Source: Octopus sinensis (taxonomy: Eukaryota). From it: DNA of 64,000 nt. A model generated the notes under the pieces. The model searched no databases. It saw only the letters and a program-made list of their open reading frames with translations, and was not told the origin of the DNA. The stretch is taken from positions 61,132,001 through 61,196,000 of the forward strand of contig NC_042998.1 in assembly GCF_006345805.1 (NCBI RefSeq), in the 5' to 3' direction. Shown one piece after another: positions 38,531-51,700 of the stretch; position 1 is the first letter of the stretch; every line of letters begins with the position of its first letter. A program made the translations under genes and the position numbers.

Positions 38531-39166
38531 TATGACGATAGTGGATCCTGCAAACATAATAAATACAGAGGTAGTTAAAGAAATAGAAATGAATAACTAT
38601 ATATATGTATGTGTGTATATATATATGTATATGTGTATACATGTGTGTATATATGTATATATATATGTGTATATATATATATATTTTTTTTTTCGATTAG
38701 ATTTATTATTATTATTACTAATATTGTTGTTATACATACATACAAGCATATGTAATGATAATAATGGGTGGATGTAAACACATGAACAAAATTCGAACAA
38801 AAGCAACAACAACAAAAACAAGATACAAATTACAAGAATGTATATAAACAGAAGATAGAAATATTACAGGCATCCCCCCACACACACACTAAATAAACAT
38901 AGACCCACATGGAGATATAAGCATGCGCAAATGAAGACATACAATAGAAATACAAAATGGCTGACGGTTAGTAAGGAGAGACACAAGTAAGTGAGAAGAA
39001 AACAAAGGACCACTGATGCGGTCACAGGAGTGTGACGAAAGAACTTTGGCCGAAATAAGATTAAGATTAATGTAAAAAATAAATATCACTGAAGCAAAAA
39101 TAACACCAAATATATAGTGCGTGTGTTTTTATTGGCTAAACTGGCAATATGACCATTCCGAAATAT

Positions 39167-39204
<38 letters not shown>

Positions 39205-39581
39205 CACATATAAACATACATATTTTCATACACACACACATGCACATGCATATAAATATGTGTGTGTGTTTTTATGTTTGTTTTTGTTTCACACCACTAC
39301 TTGACAACTGGTGTTGGCAGGTTTACAAACTATAACTTAGCAGTTTAGCAAAAGAGACTAATAGAATGAATATCTGACTTAAAAAGCACTGGGACTGATT
39401 TGTTTGACTAAACCCTTCATAGCTGTAGTTCTAACAAGTAAAAGATAAAAAAGAAAATTTGTCTTGAAGACATTCAGACCAGGAATTGAAATGTAGTGAA
39501 CAAAACAGAAAGAACCAAATATATAGTGGAACTTTGAGTTCAGACATACAAGTATGGCAGATGGGGGACACTGCTGGACAG

Positions 39582-39804
39582 TACAGGGGGATGCTGAAAA
39601 GTTCCTGGCTTTCAGGGTATTGCTAAAAGCCTGATTTGAGGCCCAGTCTTCCGATTTCTTTCACAGGGCTTAGAAAAACTGAAGGACAGCTAAAATAAGT
39701 GTGTGAACCCAAGTGGGGGGATATGTTGAATAAAATCATAATTAACTGATCTTCCCGTGTTTTCTTTTGCCCAAAATGAAGAAATTTTTAGTACCTTCCT
39801 CATA
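39582..39804. mobile_element. Mariner-derived MITE
   Basis: Left end tacagggggatgctgaaaagttcctggcttt, decayed inverted right end, TA-flanked. Confidence 0.65.
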
Positions 39805-39974
39805 TATTATAGCTGCACCCCACAACTCTACAAATAGTTGAGAACTCAAACAAGCAAGAAAGCAAAACACTTTTAGGTAGAGAGTATTTGTAAAAATCTA
39901 AAGAAGAAATAATTATAAAACAATATTAATCCTTGACTGATATTATTTCCATGAATGCAAAAGTGGATGATTGT

Positions 39975-40251
39975 TACCTAGCTCAGATACCAAAAGACCC
40001 CAAAATGGCAGAAATTCAAAAGATAGTGCTCATGGTAACTGCTCATATCCTACATAAAAACTGTCTTTGTAATCTCAAATTTTAAAACAAACACATAATT
40101 TTCTTATGGTTTCTTGAATATTCTCTAGAACAACACTATGTACAAAACCAAATATATGACACCCTAGGCATAACACCAGCATGAAATTCTAACTTGTTGT
40201 CTCTTGAGGTCTCTGGGTGAGACTTGGAGCCAACTTGTACAAATGCAAAAC

Positions 40252-40304
<53 letters not shown>

Positions 40305-40330
40305 CATAATAATAATAATAAATGGAAACA
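39975..40330 (+). mobile_element. R4/Dong-like LINE 3' end with (TAA)n tail
   Basis: QIPKDPKMAEIQKIVLM.TAHIL; near-identical family member at 41886-42290. Confidence 0.8.
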
Positions 40331-40849
40331 ATTGAAAGAAGAGGCAAATGAAAATGATAATAATAATAATAACGACGATAATAATAAATTATCAAGCAAA
40401 AGGTAAATATTTTAAATCTCCCTCAAAATAAAATAAGTTAGGAAACTTACATACCTACAGCTATCGAACACACAAACGGTCAGCTTAAAATACAAAAAAA
40501 AAAAATCTTTAATATCTACAACTAATGTACGACAAGGTATCCTTCTCTTTCCCCCTGAGTATTCGAAAATGTAAATATCATCCTCATTTTTATTGTAAGA
40601 ACACTATCATTTCTCTCTGTGCAATCATACAAAAGACCATATTTAGTAAATCTTAGAACTTTACTAGCCACAACTTGTTTTCTTTTCTTTTTGACTCTCC
40701 CTGAGCATTCGAAAATGTAAACATTCTTCTTCCCATCTCAAAAGTCTTATTGTATTTTCCAAACGGACAGACAAATGAACATCTCAAAAATACTTAAAAA
40801 CTTTAATATATTACCCAAATACGTAAACACAACTTTTATTGCAACAACA

Positions 40850-41810
40850 CAATTGGCAAGAGTGTATCCAACAACAAATTAAACTACTTTGGTCTGACAT
40901 AGAATGTTTGAAAAACCTTAAGGTTGACAAGACTACCAAACCTACGAAAACCCCAAAATTAAAGAAAAAAATATAATATGAAAACTATACTTGATATTGA
41001 TGTCACCATAGAAACCATCAAGCAAAAGGTATCTGCTAAAGCTGCCTGCATAGCGAGCTATGAAAAGTGTGATAGATTCTTCAAGGACAACATCTTCAAA
41101 AATAACTCCAAAACTTTTTACAGGAAGATAGGGAAAACACCAGTTACTGTAAAGTCTGTACCATCAAAAGAAAAAGTGCAGGGATTTTGGAATAAAATTT
41201 GGGCAGAAGAAAAAACACACAACGAAAAGGCCCCTTGGATTGATAGAATATCTGCAGACTTGGACTCCTTAGAGGAGCAAAAGTGGTAGGGTGTCAAGGT
41301 AGAAGATATAAGATCTGCTCTCAGGAGGTCAAGCAAATGGAAGTCTCCAAGAGAGGATAAAATTCCTAACTTCTGGTTGAATGCCTTCCCAGAGAGTTAT
41401 GATATGCTAACAAAATTTTACAACAATGTTTTGTAACAACCTAGTACGATTTGGCCTCGATAAATGTGCAAACACTACCTTTATCAAAGGAAAAATGACA
41501 GAAACATCTAACGTTAACCTTGACCAGCAGAATGTCATAAAAGAATTAGACCCAGCGGAGAGCTACAAGTACCTAGGGGTAATTGAAGGGGACGAAATAA
41601 GGCATTCAGTGATGAAGGAAAGGATCAGGAGAGAATGTTATTGCAGAGTAAGAGCAATACTCAAGACAGCTGAATGCGAGTAACAGGATCGAAGCGATCA
41701 ATGCTTTAGCCATACCAGACGTGACTTACAGTTTAAATATCATTAACTGGTGAATTACTGAAATATGTAATATTGACAGAAGAATACGAAAACTGTTGAC
41801 AATGCAAATA
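40850..41810 (+). mobile_element. R4/Dong-like LINE ORF fragments (pre-RT region and RT C-terminus, with an internal deletion)
   Basis: ETIKQKVSAKAA...FYRKIG...FWNKIW...KWKSP...IPNFWL; FGLDKCA...SYKYLGV...AINALAIP. Confidence 0.85.
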
Positions 41811-41885
41811 CTTGTTTCAGTCATTTGACTATGACCATGCTGGAGCACCACCTTTAGTCAAGCAATTAACCCCAGGACTTATTCT

Positions 41886-42990
41886 TTGTAAGCCTGAAGA
41901 CTAAAACAATACCTGTTGTTATAGGTGCCCTAGGAATGATAGCAAAAGGGGCTGATTGCTACGTAACTCAGATACCAGGAAACCCCAAAATGGCAGAAAT
42001 TCAAAAGATAGTGCTCATGGGAACTGCTCATATCCTATGCAAAATACTTTCTATGTAATCTCAAGTTTTAAAACAAACATAATTTTCCTATGGTTTTTTT
42101 AGACATTTACTAGTACAACACTAAGTACAAAACCAAATATATGGCACGCTAGGCATAACACCAACATGAACTTCCAACTTGTTGTCTCTTGAGGTCTCTG
42201 GGTGAGACTTGGAGCCAACTTGTACAAATGTAAAGCAAAAGTCAAACATAGAATAATAATGATGATGATGATGATAATAATGAGATTGAAAAACTATAGA
42301 CCACCATGAGATTGAAACTACAGACCACATTGAGATTGAAACTATAGACCACCTAATCTCAGTGTGTAGTGAAATTGAAATTATAGATCACCTAATGTCA
42401 GGATGATGAGTCTTAGCACCTGTAGAATATAAAGCAAGACATGACAGAATCAACACTGGACAATATGTTGGCATTATAAAATCAAAACCGCTGACAAATG
42501 GTATAAACACCATCCTGAAGCTGTGACTGAGGGAGAAAATGTGTCAATTTTCTGGGACTTCCCTATACATACTGACAAAATTATAAAAGCTAATAAACCA
42601 GATATTATAAAAGATCAGACAAAAAGGTGTGTTTATTAATTGACATGAGTATTCCTTGCGATCACAATATAGCGCCGAAAGAATTTGACAAGATCAGTAA
42701 ATATAAAGATTTGCTAATAGAAATTGAAAAAATGTGGCATCTCAAGGCGACTACAGTACCAGAGATTGTAGGATCTCTAGGAATGATAGAAAAAGGTACT
42801 GAAACCTATTTGAAAATGATACCAGGCTTACTATCCCTACAGGAAGTGCAAAAAATCGTGTTAACTGGAATGACCCATGTACTGAGAAGAGCATTCATGA
42901 ATTTATTTATTTGTTAATTTTTCTAAATACATATTTTACCTGTGAATTTGCGTGTATAATCTAGGAATGCATACAATGTGCTTCTCTGCC
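41886..42990 (+). mobile_element. Two adjacent R4/Dong-like LINE 3' ends carrying the restriction-like endonuclease
   Basis: TIPVVIGALGMI...EIQKIVLMGTAHIL; WDFPIHTDKIIKANKPDII...LLIDMSIPCD...KISKYKDL...IVGSLGMI. Confidence 0.85.
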
Positions 42991-43644
42991 CTAGGTGTAC
43001 GAAAAACACTCGGTGAGAAATGGAAGAAAATTTGAAGATAGATGGAAAAAAAACTATAATAATAATAATAATAATCATAATAAAAATAAAGAAAAAATTT
43101 AAACAAGAAATGAACAAAAAAAAAGAAGAAAAACCATGGAAAGAAAAGAAAATGTACGATCAGTTTGCAAAGGATGTGAATACCAAGATAGATACAGAGG
43201 ACTGGTAAAATAATAAAAGAATATTGATGATAATAATAATAATTCCTTGGCCTTTCACTAATGACTGTGTGATTTTGATACCTGTTTTTGCTGTTTTAAA
43301 TGCACCATACCTTTTAAGTTTGTTTATTTTGATAGTTACATACATAGACACATATTCGTTATATTAAAATTTATGAAATTTTGTTTATCCATTTGCAGGA
43401 AATGTAAGAAAATGGTGGAGGAATCACAAATGAGAGCAAAGCATTTTCATTTTATTACATCTACAAAATCAATTTGAAAAATTTAAACAAAAAAGAAAAA
43501 CCAACTCTCTTAATGTAAAAAAAAATACAGTTGAATTAAATATTTGTAACAGAAAATATTATTTCGATAAAGTAATTTTTTTTTATATTTCTTCATTGTT
43601 TTTTTTTAAATTTCTTTTTAAATGGTTTACCCAGACATCTCCTC

Positions 43645-44048
43645 TTTTACTTGTTTCATTCATTTGGCTGCAGCCATGCTGGAGCACTGCCTTTAGTCGA
43701 GCAAATCGACCCAGAACTTATTCTTTGTAGGCCTAGTACTTCTTCTATCGGTCTCATTTGCCGAACCACTAAGTTACGCGGATGTAAACATACCAGCATC
43801 GGTTGTCAAGCAATGGTGGGGGGGGACAAACAAAGACACACAAACATATACACACACATACATATACACATATATATATACATATATACAATGGGCTTCT
43901 TTCAGTTTCCTTCTACCAAATCCACTCACAAGGCTTTGGTTGCCCTGAGGCTATAGTAGAAGACACTTGCCCAAGGTGCCATGCAGTGGGACTGAACTCA
44001 GAACCATGTTGTTGGTAAGCAAGCAACTTACCACACAGCCACTCCTGC
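43645..44048 (-). mobile_element. Full-length SINE family A
   Basis: Reverse complement of the 10913 family. Confidence 0.85.
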
Positions 44049-45008
44049 ACCTCACCATTTTTATCTCTTCCCAGATCATACCATGCAGTTTTTCTGCAGC
44101 AAGGAAGATTCTCTACCTTAGGCTCTTCTCTCATATTTTAACCCCTCAGATCCATGCATAAAGCTCTACCACTCATAGGTTTCTTAGTGGTGCAAACTGC
44201 CTGGCAACCTCACTAGTGCTGGTGACATGAAAAAACAAAGTACCCAATACAAGTTGTCTTGTGGTTTGTGTTAAGAAGGGTATCTGGCCGTTGAAACTAG
44301 GCTAAAGTAGACAGTGGAGCATGATGTAGTCCTTGGAACCATCAGAGCCTGTCAAACCATTCAACCAGCATGGAACATGAATTTTAAATGATGGTGGTGA
44401 TGATGATGATGATGACGATGATGACAAGGATTCCTGAGAAGGATGTTAAAGAGATTAGTCAGTACCAACTAATGCAACACTTCAACATTGGTGGGAAGGT
44501 TTTGAATTAGAATGAAGGATGAAGGATATTATTGTGAAGAACAGGTTTGTTGATACATCTATATAAAAAATTGGGGTTCTTGAAATTTTAGGAAGCATTG
44601 AGCTTGTACTGAGGGTTTGGCAGTCCATTCAATGGTGTAAAAAGAACAAGGGATACGTTGATGTCATCTGGTTAGAGTTAGCTAATATCTAGGGGTCAAT
44701 TTCCCATTGCAGAATTCCGCAAACCTTTTAGAAAGAAGTTTACATAATTTGTGAATTGTGCTTTTATTGTTTAACCTTTCAAACACACTATATAAACCTT
44801 CCCATCAACATTGAAGTATGATATTAGTCAGCACTGACTAATATCTTTAACATTGTGGAATGGTTGGCATTAAAAAGGACATCCAGCTGTAGAAACCATG
44901 CCGATTCAGATTGGAAGCTGGTGCAGCTCTTCATCTTACCACTTTCAGTCAAACCGCCTGACCCATTCCAGCATGGAAGGCAGACACTAAATGATGTTGA
45001 TGATAATG

Positions 45009-45039
<31 letters not shown>

Positions 45040-45215
45040 CACGTAAAAAACACCCACTACACTAATGGAGTGGTTGGCGTTAGGAAGGGCATCCAGCTGT
45101 AGAAACACTGCCAAATCAGACTAGAGCCTGGTGCAGCCTCCATGGCTTACCAGACCCCGGTCGAATCGTCCAACCCATGCTAGCATGGAAAACGGACGTT
45201 AAATGATGATGGTGA

Positions 45216-45255
<40 letters not shown>

Positions 45256-45265
45256 ATATATATAA

Positions 45266-45530
45266 TCATTTTTTAATTTTGCATATTTCTACTGTTCCAC
45301 TTACAGACTGAACTTGTAATGTATGAATCAGCCGGCCGATTTCTCTTTCTGAAAATCCTAGTTTACCCAGATTATCCTTTGAGCATTTACTAACAAAACC
45401 TAGTGCTCCAATTGTTATTGGTATGAATATGAATTCACAGTTTGGATATAGAAGCTGGAGTTTTCGAAGTAGTTGTCCATAGATATCCTCTTTTTCTTTG
45501 ATTTCCAAAGAGATATTTATATCTGCAGGA
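45266..45530 (-). mobile_element. RLE-type LINE C-terminal fragment
   Basis: ISLEIKEKEDIYGQLLRKLQLLYP...PITIGALGFV...LQVQSVSGTVEICK. Confidence 0.7.
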
Positions 45531-47517
45531 TAGCTGACCTTTATGATGGTACATACATACATACATACGTATGGACGTATGGTTTTTATGTGTATATATA
45601 TATAAGTTTTACAGATTTATATGTACGTATGTATGTATGTATGTATGTATGTATGTATGCATGCATGCATGCATGTATGCCATTGTTCAGTTTTATTTCA
45701 AGTGTAGCAAGTCATAAAAGGCAGCAATATGATGTAATGGTTGTTTACCCAAACAAGTATAATTGTTGGTAATCTCATTGGTTAAAATTACTGCCCATAT
45801 ACAAATTCTAAACTTTCGTCAAAGAAACCTTTCCCAAAATATGGTTCTTAGAATTTGGATATGAGCAGTTATAAAAAATCCTGAGTTTTGGGAAATTACT
45901 CAGTGTTTGTAGGATGTTACTAAACTCCACGACACTCACTCATTGAGATATTAGCTATTTTTTATGCCATGTCTATGATAAAAATCCAACAAGACTTATT
46001 TGAATTGTTGTGAACTCTAGTAGTTAGTATGAAGGATTAGCTAATGTGAATTTTAAGTCGTAAAGCACTATGACAAAATGACTTTACTTTCCAATTGTAC
46101 TATAAATGCTAAATGTACATAAATAAAATAATGTAGTAATTATTTTCTCTTACTTCACGTTCTTCAAATTGTTAATGAAATTTATTTCTGCAATTATGAA
46201 ACTGTGGTTAAAAAAACACAAATTTATTTATCTTCAACATACATGCATGCATAAAATGTCCATTAGCGTTTCAAAGTATATATTTCTCGCTATGATGTTT
46301 ATGTAACTGGAGTCAGGATTTATGTATAATGATAACACTTATAAGTAAGTTATAAGTGACATGTTTATCAATATATATTCCTACTTCAAAAGTAAAATAT
46401 ATTTACCTATTTCCAAATAGGAAACATAAAAATATAGTGTTATGCAAACAGTAACCAAACCAGCAATAAAACAAGATTTCTTGCCAATAGAGAAAGAGTC
46501 GGTTTCTAACCAAGATCCAAGGTTCCTTCATTGGAATTTCAACAGGGTATTTTTGTTTGTTTTCTTGTATGTATATATGTGCAGATTTTTATGTTTTATC
46601 TATATATTCTGATGCATATAGTTGCATATCTAGATATTCTCATATGTATTTCAATGATAAACTTCTGGGAAGTTTTACAGATTTATACAGTTTCCATGAT
46701 TGTATCTATAGTCATTGAAATGTATGTATGTATTTGCAGACCTTTTAGTTTTCATTTACCAAATCTACTCATAAGGTTTTGTTTAGTCTAGGACTATACT
46801 AGAAGACACTTGCCCAAGTTGTCATTCAGTGGGACTGAACACAAAACTTTGTGGCTGGGAAGCAATGGTTTTAACCACACGGCCACACCTATGCCTGTTG
46901 TCACTCTTATGCCTTCACTGTTTACAAAGAAAAAGAAAATTAAGCTGAAAATAGGACTAGAGACATGTGAAGACAATGGCACTGCTTGGCAAGATTGAAC
47001 AAAGGAGAAATTGATAAAGAAAAATCTCTGCCACAAATGTCTGAGTGGCACAAGACTATGATATGAGGATAGGTCATGTAGTTGAGGCACAAGACCTAAG
47101 ATTTCTCACAAGAAACCATCAAAAGTATATAATGAACAAGAGTACATAATACAAAGAAAAAGATACAGTGTCACCATCTGTTTATCATTGTAAATATATA
47201 CACATTGTTTGGAGGCAAAAACAATATATATTGGAGAGGGGGACAAGCATCATTACTGCAGTGGCTTATGGGACTGACTGGTACATTTTTTGCAGAAATC
47301 TATGAAGAATCTATCTAAGACACACATATATGTACATACATACATATATATGTGCAAGAGTGGTTGTGTGGTAAGAAGCTTGCTTACCAACAACATGGTT
47401 CTGAGTTCAGTCCCACTGCATGGCATCTTGAGCAAGTGTCTTCTACTATAGCCTCAGGGCAACCAAAGCCTTGTGAGTGGATTTAGTAGAAGGAAACTGA
47501 AAGAATCCCATTGTATA

Positions 47518-47548
<31 letters not shown>

Positions 47549-48378
47549 ATGTATGTATGTATGCATGTATGTGTGTGTGTATGTATTTGTGTGTCTGTGT
47601 TTGTCTCTCCACCACCATTGTGTGGTAACCGATGTTGGTATGTTTACTTACCTGTAGCTTAGTGGTTCGACATTGAATTGCATAGTCTAGCATGTCTGTA
47701 CTTCTCTGACCAAATAGACCATGATATTCGATGCGGACAAATTTGTAGTATTTGTATGTAATCGTAGCTTTGCATTTGCTTTCCTGTGGGTATGTATAAG
47801 TATCTCATTTATTTCCCTTAGTATGCCTGGCTGATGAGGAAAAATTATTAGACTAATCCAGAAATTGATCAAGCCAAGGCTAATCATTTTATGAAATTCT
47901 GTGAACTTACTCCCATGATTTCAACACATGTATACTATAAAAGTGATAATTCTAAGTGGTTTCACGATTTAGCATCTATTTTCAGCATAGGCATGGTCTC
48001 TTCTCTGCCCTTAATTATAATTGTATTTTATACTATTATAAATCTCTATCTCTCTATATATCTTTTAAATTTGTTAATGGGAATCATTTTGACTATGCAA
48101 ATAAAGCTCCTATCCCATTATGCCTGCCTCAGTCTAATGATACTGACTGGTGAACAAGTTTTTGGCGGGTGCCTGAAATTGTACCGATATAATGTAGGAT
48201 AAATATAATACCAATAACAATAATCCTAGGATAGAATTTATAAGCATTCAATCTATTAAATGTTTATAAATTTCATCCAAGGACTATTGTTATTATTACT
48301 ACTCTCTCTCTCAATATATATATATTTCTTTTTTGGATTTGGTTTGCAAGATTCTTTATATGAGTTTATGTGTTGAAG

Positions 48379-48612
48379 CATATTCTGTTGTGTCTGGGGA
48401 GAGTCATTTTCTTTTTGTGCCTTATAATGTAACACACTCACCAGTAAAATTTCCACTTATTTCTTATTTTTATTTTCCTAAAATTTTCGTTGCATCTTGC
48501 AACCTTTTCAAGAGCAAAATAAAAATAAGAAAAAAAGTGGAAATTTTACCTGTGAGTGTGTTACATTATAAGGCACAAAAAGAAAATGACGCTCCTCAGA
48601 CACAACAGAATA
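48379..48612. repeat. ~230-bp imperfect palindrome (fold-back or MITE-like)
   Basis: 48379-48458 is the reverse complement of 48535-48612; inner arms are ttcttatttttatttt/aaaataaaaataagaa. Confidence 0.85.
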
Positions 48613-48614
48613 TA

Positions 48615-48659
<45 letters not shown>

Positions 48660-48787
48660 ATGTGCTTTAGAGGGATATATTATCTGGGTAGATACTGTAA
48701 TAGCTCTCAGTTATGCTCCAGGTTACGGCTATCTGCTTCAATTAGTATTTAATATCTCTGACTTCTATGAGTAGTCATTCATGCAGT

Positions 48788-51700
48788 TGTAACAGGATCT
48801 AGATTCGGTATCACTGGAGGGGTGTCCAATCTGATCTCGTCACATTCAATTTTAGTTAAAATAACAGACAAGTCAGGCGATCTACGAACACAAAATGTTG
48901 TTTATTTCTCGTCGTAATGTAGAACTGGTGTACGTGTTCTCTGGAGGGAAACCGACAGCCGAATCTGTAGTACTGATTCTTGTTTGTTAATCGAAATCAT
49001 TCGTCGTGGTTCGCTGCTTGGTTGGTATGAAGTCCTCAGAGACTGCCAAATACACGTCCGTTCTCGAGTGCTGCTGGGGCCAGAAAGACTGAGTGAGTGG
49101 ACCGCGTTTTAGGGGTCAGTTTCCCGCACATGCACATGGGGAAGACTTCCGGTGGCCAACCGGAAGTAATCCCATTCTGCGCATGTGCGTTGAACCTTAC
49201 ACAGCAGCATCACTACATGGCTCCCCCTCGAGTGCGGAAGTACGAAACAAGAAAATATTAGTGGCTGCAGAAAACAGATGGCTGCCGATCCCCCAGAAGA
49301 TTTGGTACACAATATGGCACAAAAACAAGAAATTTAAAAGAAAGAAAGTCAAATATAAATTGTCTTTGAGAGTTTCTTGGGCCAATGTACTGTTCTGCCC
49401 GATCTTGTAATATACGGTGTGCTCGGGGCACCCGTTGACGGCGAAGGTGTTGTTGTGGGAGCCGGTGAAGGCAAAGGTGTCTGTGAAGGTGAAGGTGTTG
49501 TTAAAGGTGCATAGGTAGGTGTGGCAACGGTATAATCAAGAGATGAAGACGCCTCAAAATATGCTTTTTTCAGTCGGTCCACGGAAACGGTCTCCGTATG
49601 ACCATTCATTTCAATGGTGAAAACCTTAGGTGTGCGAGAAAGCACACGGAAAGGTCCTTTATAAGGAGAAACAAGAGATCCCTTGACAGAGTCGTCCTGA
49701 ACAAAAACATGCGACCAAGTATCCATATCCGGTGGGAGATGGGATGGTGGAGAATGTTTCCTCGGAACCATGGGCGGAAGATTTGAAAAATAGGAACGCA
49801 GTCTGGCGACATAGGTCGCTGGATCATGGGGCTGGGAAGTGTCTGGCACCAACATCGTACCAGGCAATGCCAGTGTGGTACCATACAGTAGCTCTGCAGA
49901 AAAAACCCCAGGTCTGCCTTGACAGCAGTGCGACAACCGAGAAGTACAATTGGCAGAAATTCAATCCAAGACTGTGGATCTGAAGAGGCATGAAGAGCGG
50001 CCTTGAGCTGTCTATGGAACCGTTCAACTAATCAATTAGACGCTGGATGATAACTGGTAGTGTGAATATGATGCACACCTAAAATGCGCGATAATTCGCG
50101 AAATAGCGAAGCTTCAAACTGACGTCCACGATCAGTAGTCACTCTGGACGGAACTCCGAAACGGGAAATCCAGTTCGAAACGAAGGCTCGCGCAACAGTC
50201 TCAGCAGAAATGTCTGCTATCGGAATGGCTTCTGGCCAACGGGAGAAACGATCGACACAAGTTAACAGATAAGAAAACCCGCGACTCACAGGCCATGGTC
50301 CAACAAGATCGATGTGGACATGGCGAAAACGGGCCTCTGTAGGAGGAAAATGTCCAAGCGGGGCACGAACGTGCCGTTGAATCTTGGACCGTTGACATTT
50401 GGAGCAGGTGCGTGTCCAAGAAGTAATAGTGCGATGCATATTCGGCCAGAAAAACGGAGCAGTGATCAGCTTAAGGGTGGCAGCGATGCCAGGATGTGAT
50501 AAGGAGTGCAGTGCTTCAAATACTGAGCGTTGATGATTCTCAGGCACGAGTGGCCTGGGAGAACCAGTGGAAGTATCACAAAGAATGGTGCCTTCGGCTG
50601 ACGGAAGCGGAAGGTAGGAAAACTGGCAACAGGAGAACTTGGGAGAAGTTAAGTCTAACGACGCCAAAGGTGGCTGCTCCTGCAAGATGGCAGTTAAGTC
50701 GATAGCAGCAGGAGACGAAAGGGCGCAGACTGGAAGGCGAGAGAGAGCGTCAGCAGGAATGTTCTCTTTTCCAGGTATGTGTCGAATGTTACTAGTGACT
50801 TGAGAGATAAAATCCAGGTGCCGGAAAGCATGAGGCGAGAGTTTGTCCGTTTTTGAACACAGGGCAAACGTAAGGGGCTTGTGATCCGTATAGATCACAA
50901 AATCTCGCCCTTCAAGTTGATGCTGGAAATGACGAACCGATAGATAGATCGCTAGGAGCTCACGATCAAAAGTGCTGTATCGTGGTTCAGCTGGTTGCAG
51001 TTGGCGGGAAAAGAAAGCCAGAGGTCGAGTGTGATCATCCACTGTGTGTTGTAACACAGCGCCACTCGCTGTGTTCGTAGATCGCCTGACTTGTCTGTTA
51101 TTTTAACTAAAATTGAATGTGACGGGATCAGATCGGACACCCCTCCAGTGATACCGAATTTAGATCGTGGGTAGTAAAGAAATAGGTGTGTGTGTGCACA
51201 AAGGAAAAACAAAAGCTACAGAAAAGAAAAAATAATGTGTGTGTGGTTTTTTTGTTTTGTTTTTCGGTGTACTGAGTGCGATGGATAAAACTTTTGTTTG
51301 TACGCACCTTCGCCGTCCTGAAAGGAAAAGAAAATGAAAATGAAACTGAGTGTTCAGTGTGCTAACTGGCAAAACCTGTTCGCTGCGTCTTCTGTTCTTT
51401 TTTTTTACTCAGGGTCACCAATTGTAACAGGATCTAGATTCGGTATCACTGGAGGGGTGTCCGATCTGATCCTGTCACATTCAATTTTAGTTAAAATAAC
51501 AGACAAGTCAGGCGATCTATGAACACAGCAAAATGTTGTTTATTTCTCGTCGTAATGTAGAACTGATGTACGTGTTCTCTGGAGGGAAACCGACAGCCGA
51601 ATCTGTAGTACTGATTCTTGTTTGTTAGTCGAAATGATTCGTTGTGGTTCGCTGCTTGGTTGGTATAAAGTCCTCAGAGACTGCCAAGTACACGTCCGTT

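Noticed and set aside
39500-39582. Peptide VWQMGDTAGQ resembling the Rab WDTAGQ motif
   Set aside because: The invariant W is absent, no P-loop or other G-box is present, and the match is too short.
49093-49410. ORFs across the LTR (also 51334-51522 and 51821-52063) and antisense ORFs within the integrase
   Set aside because: These are incidental frames in LTR or antisense sequence.
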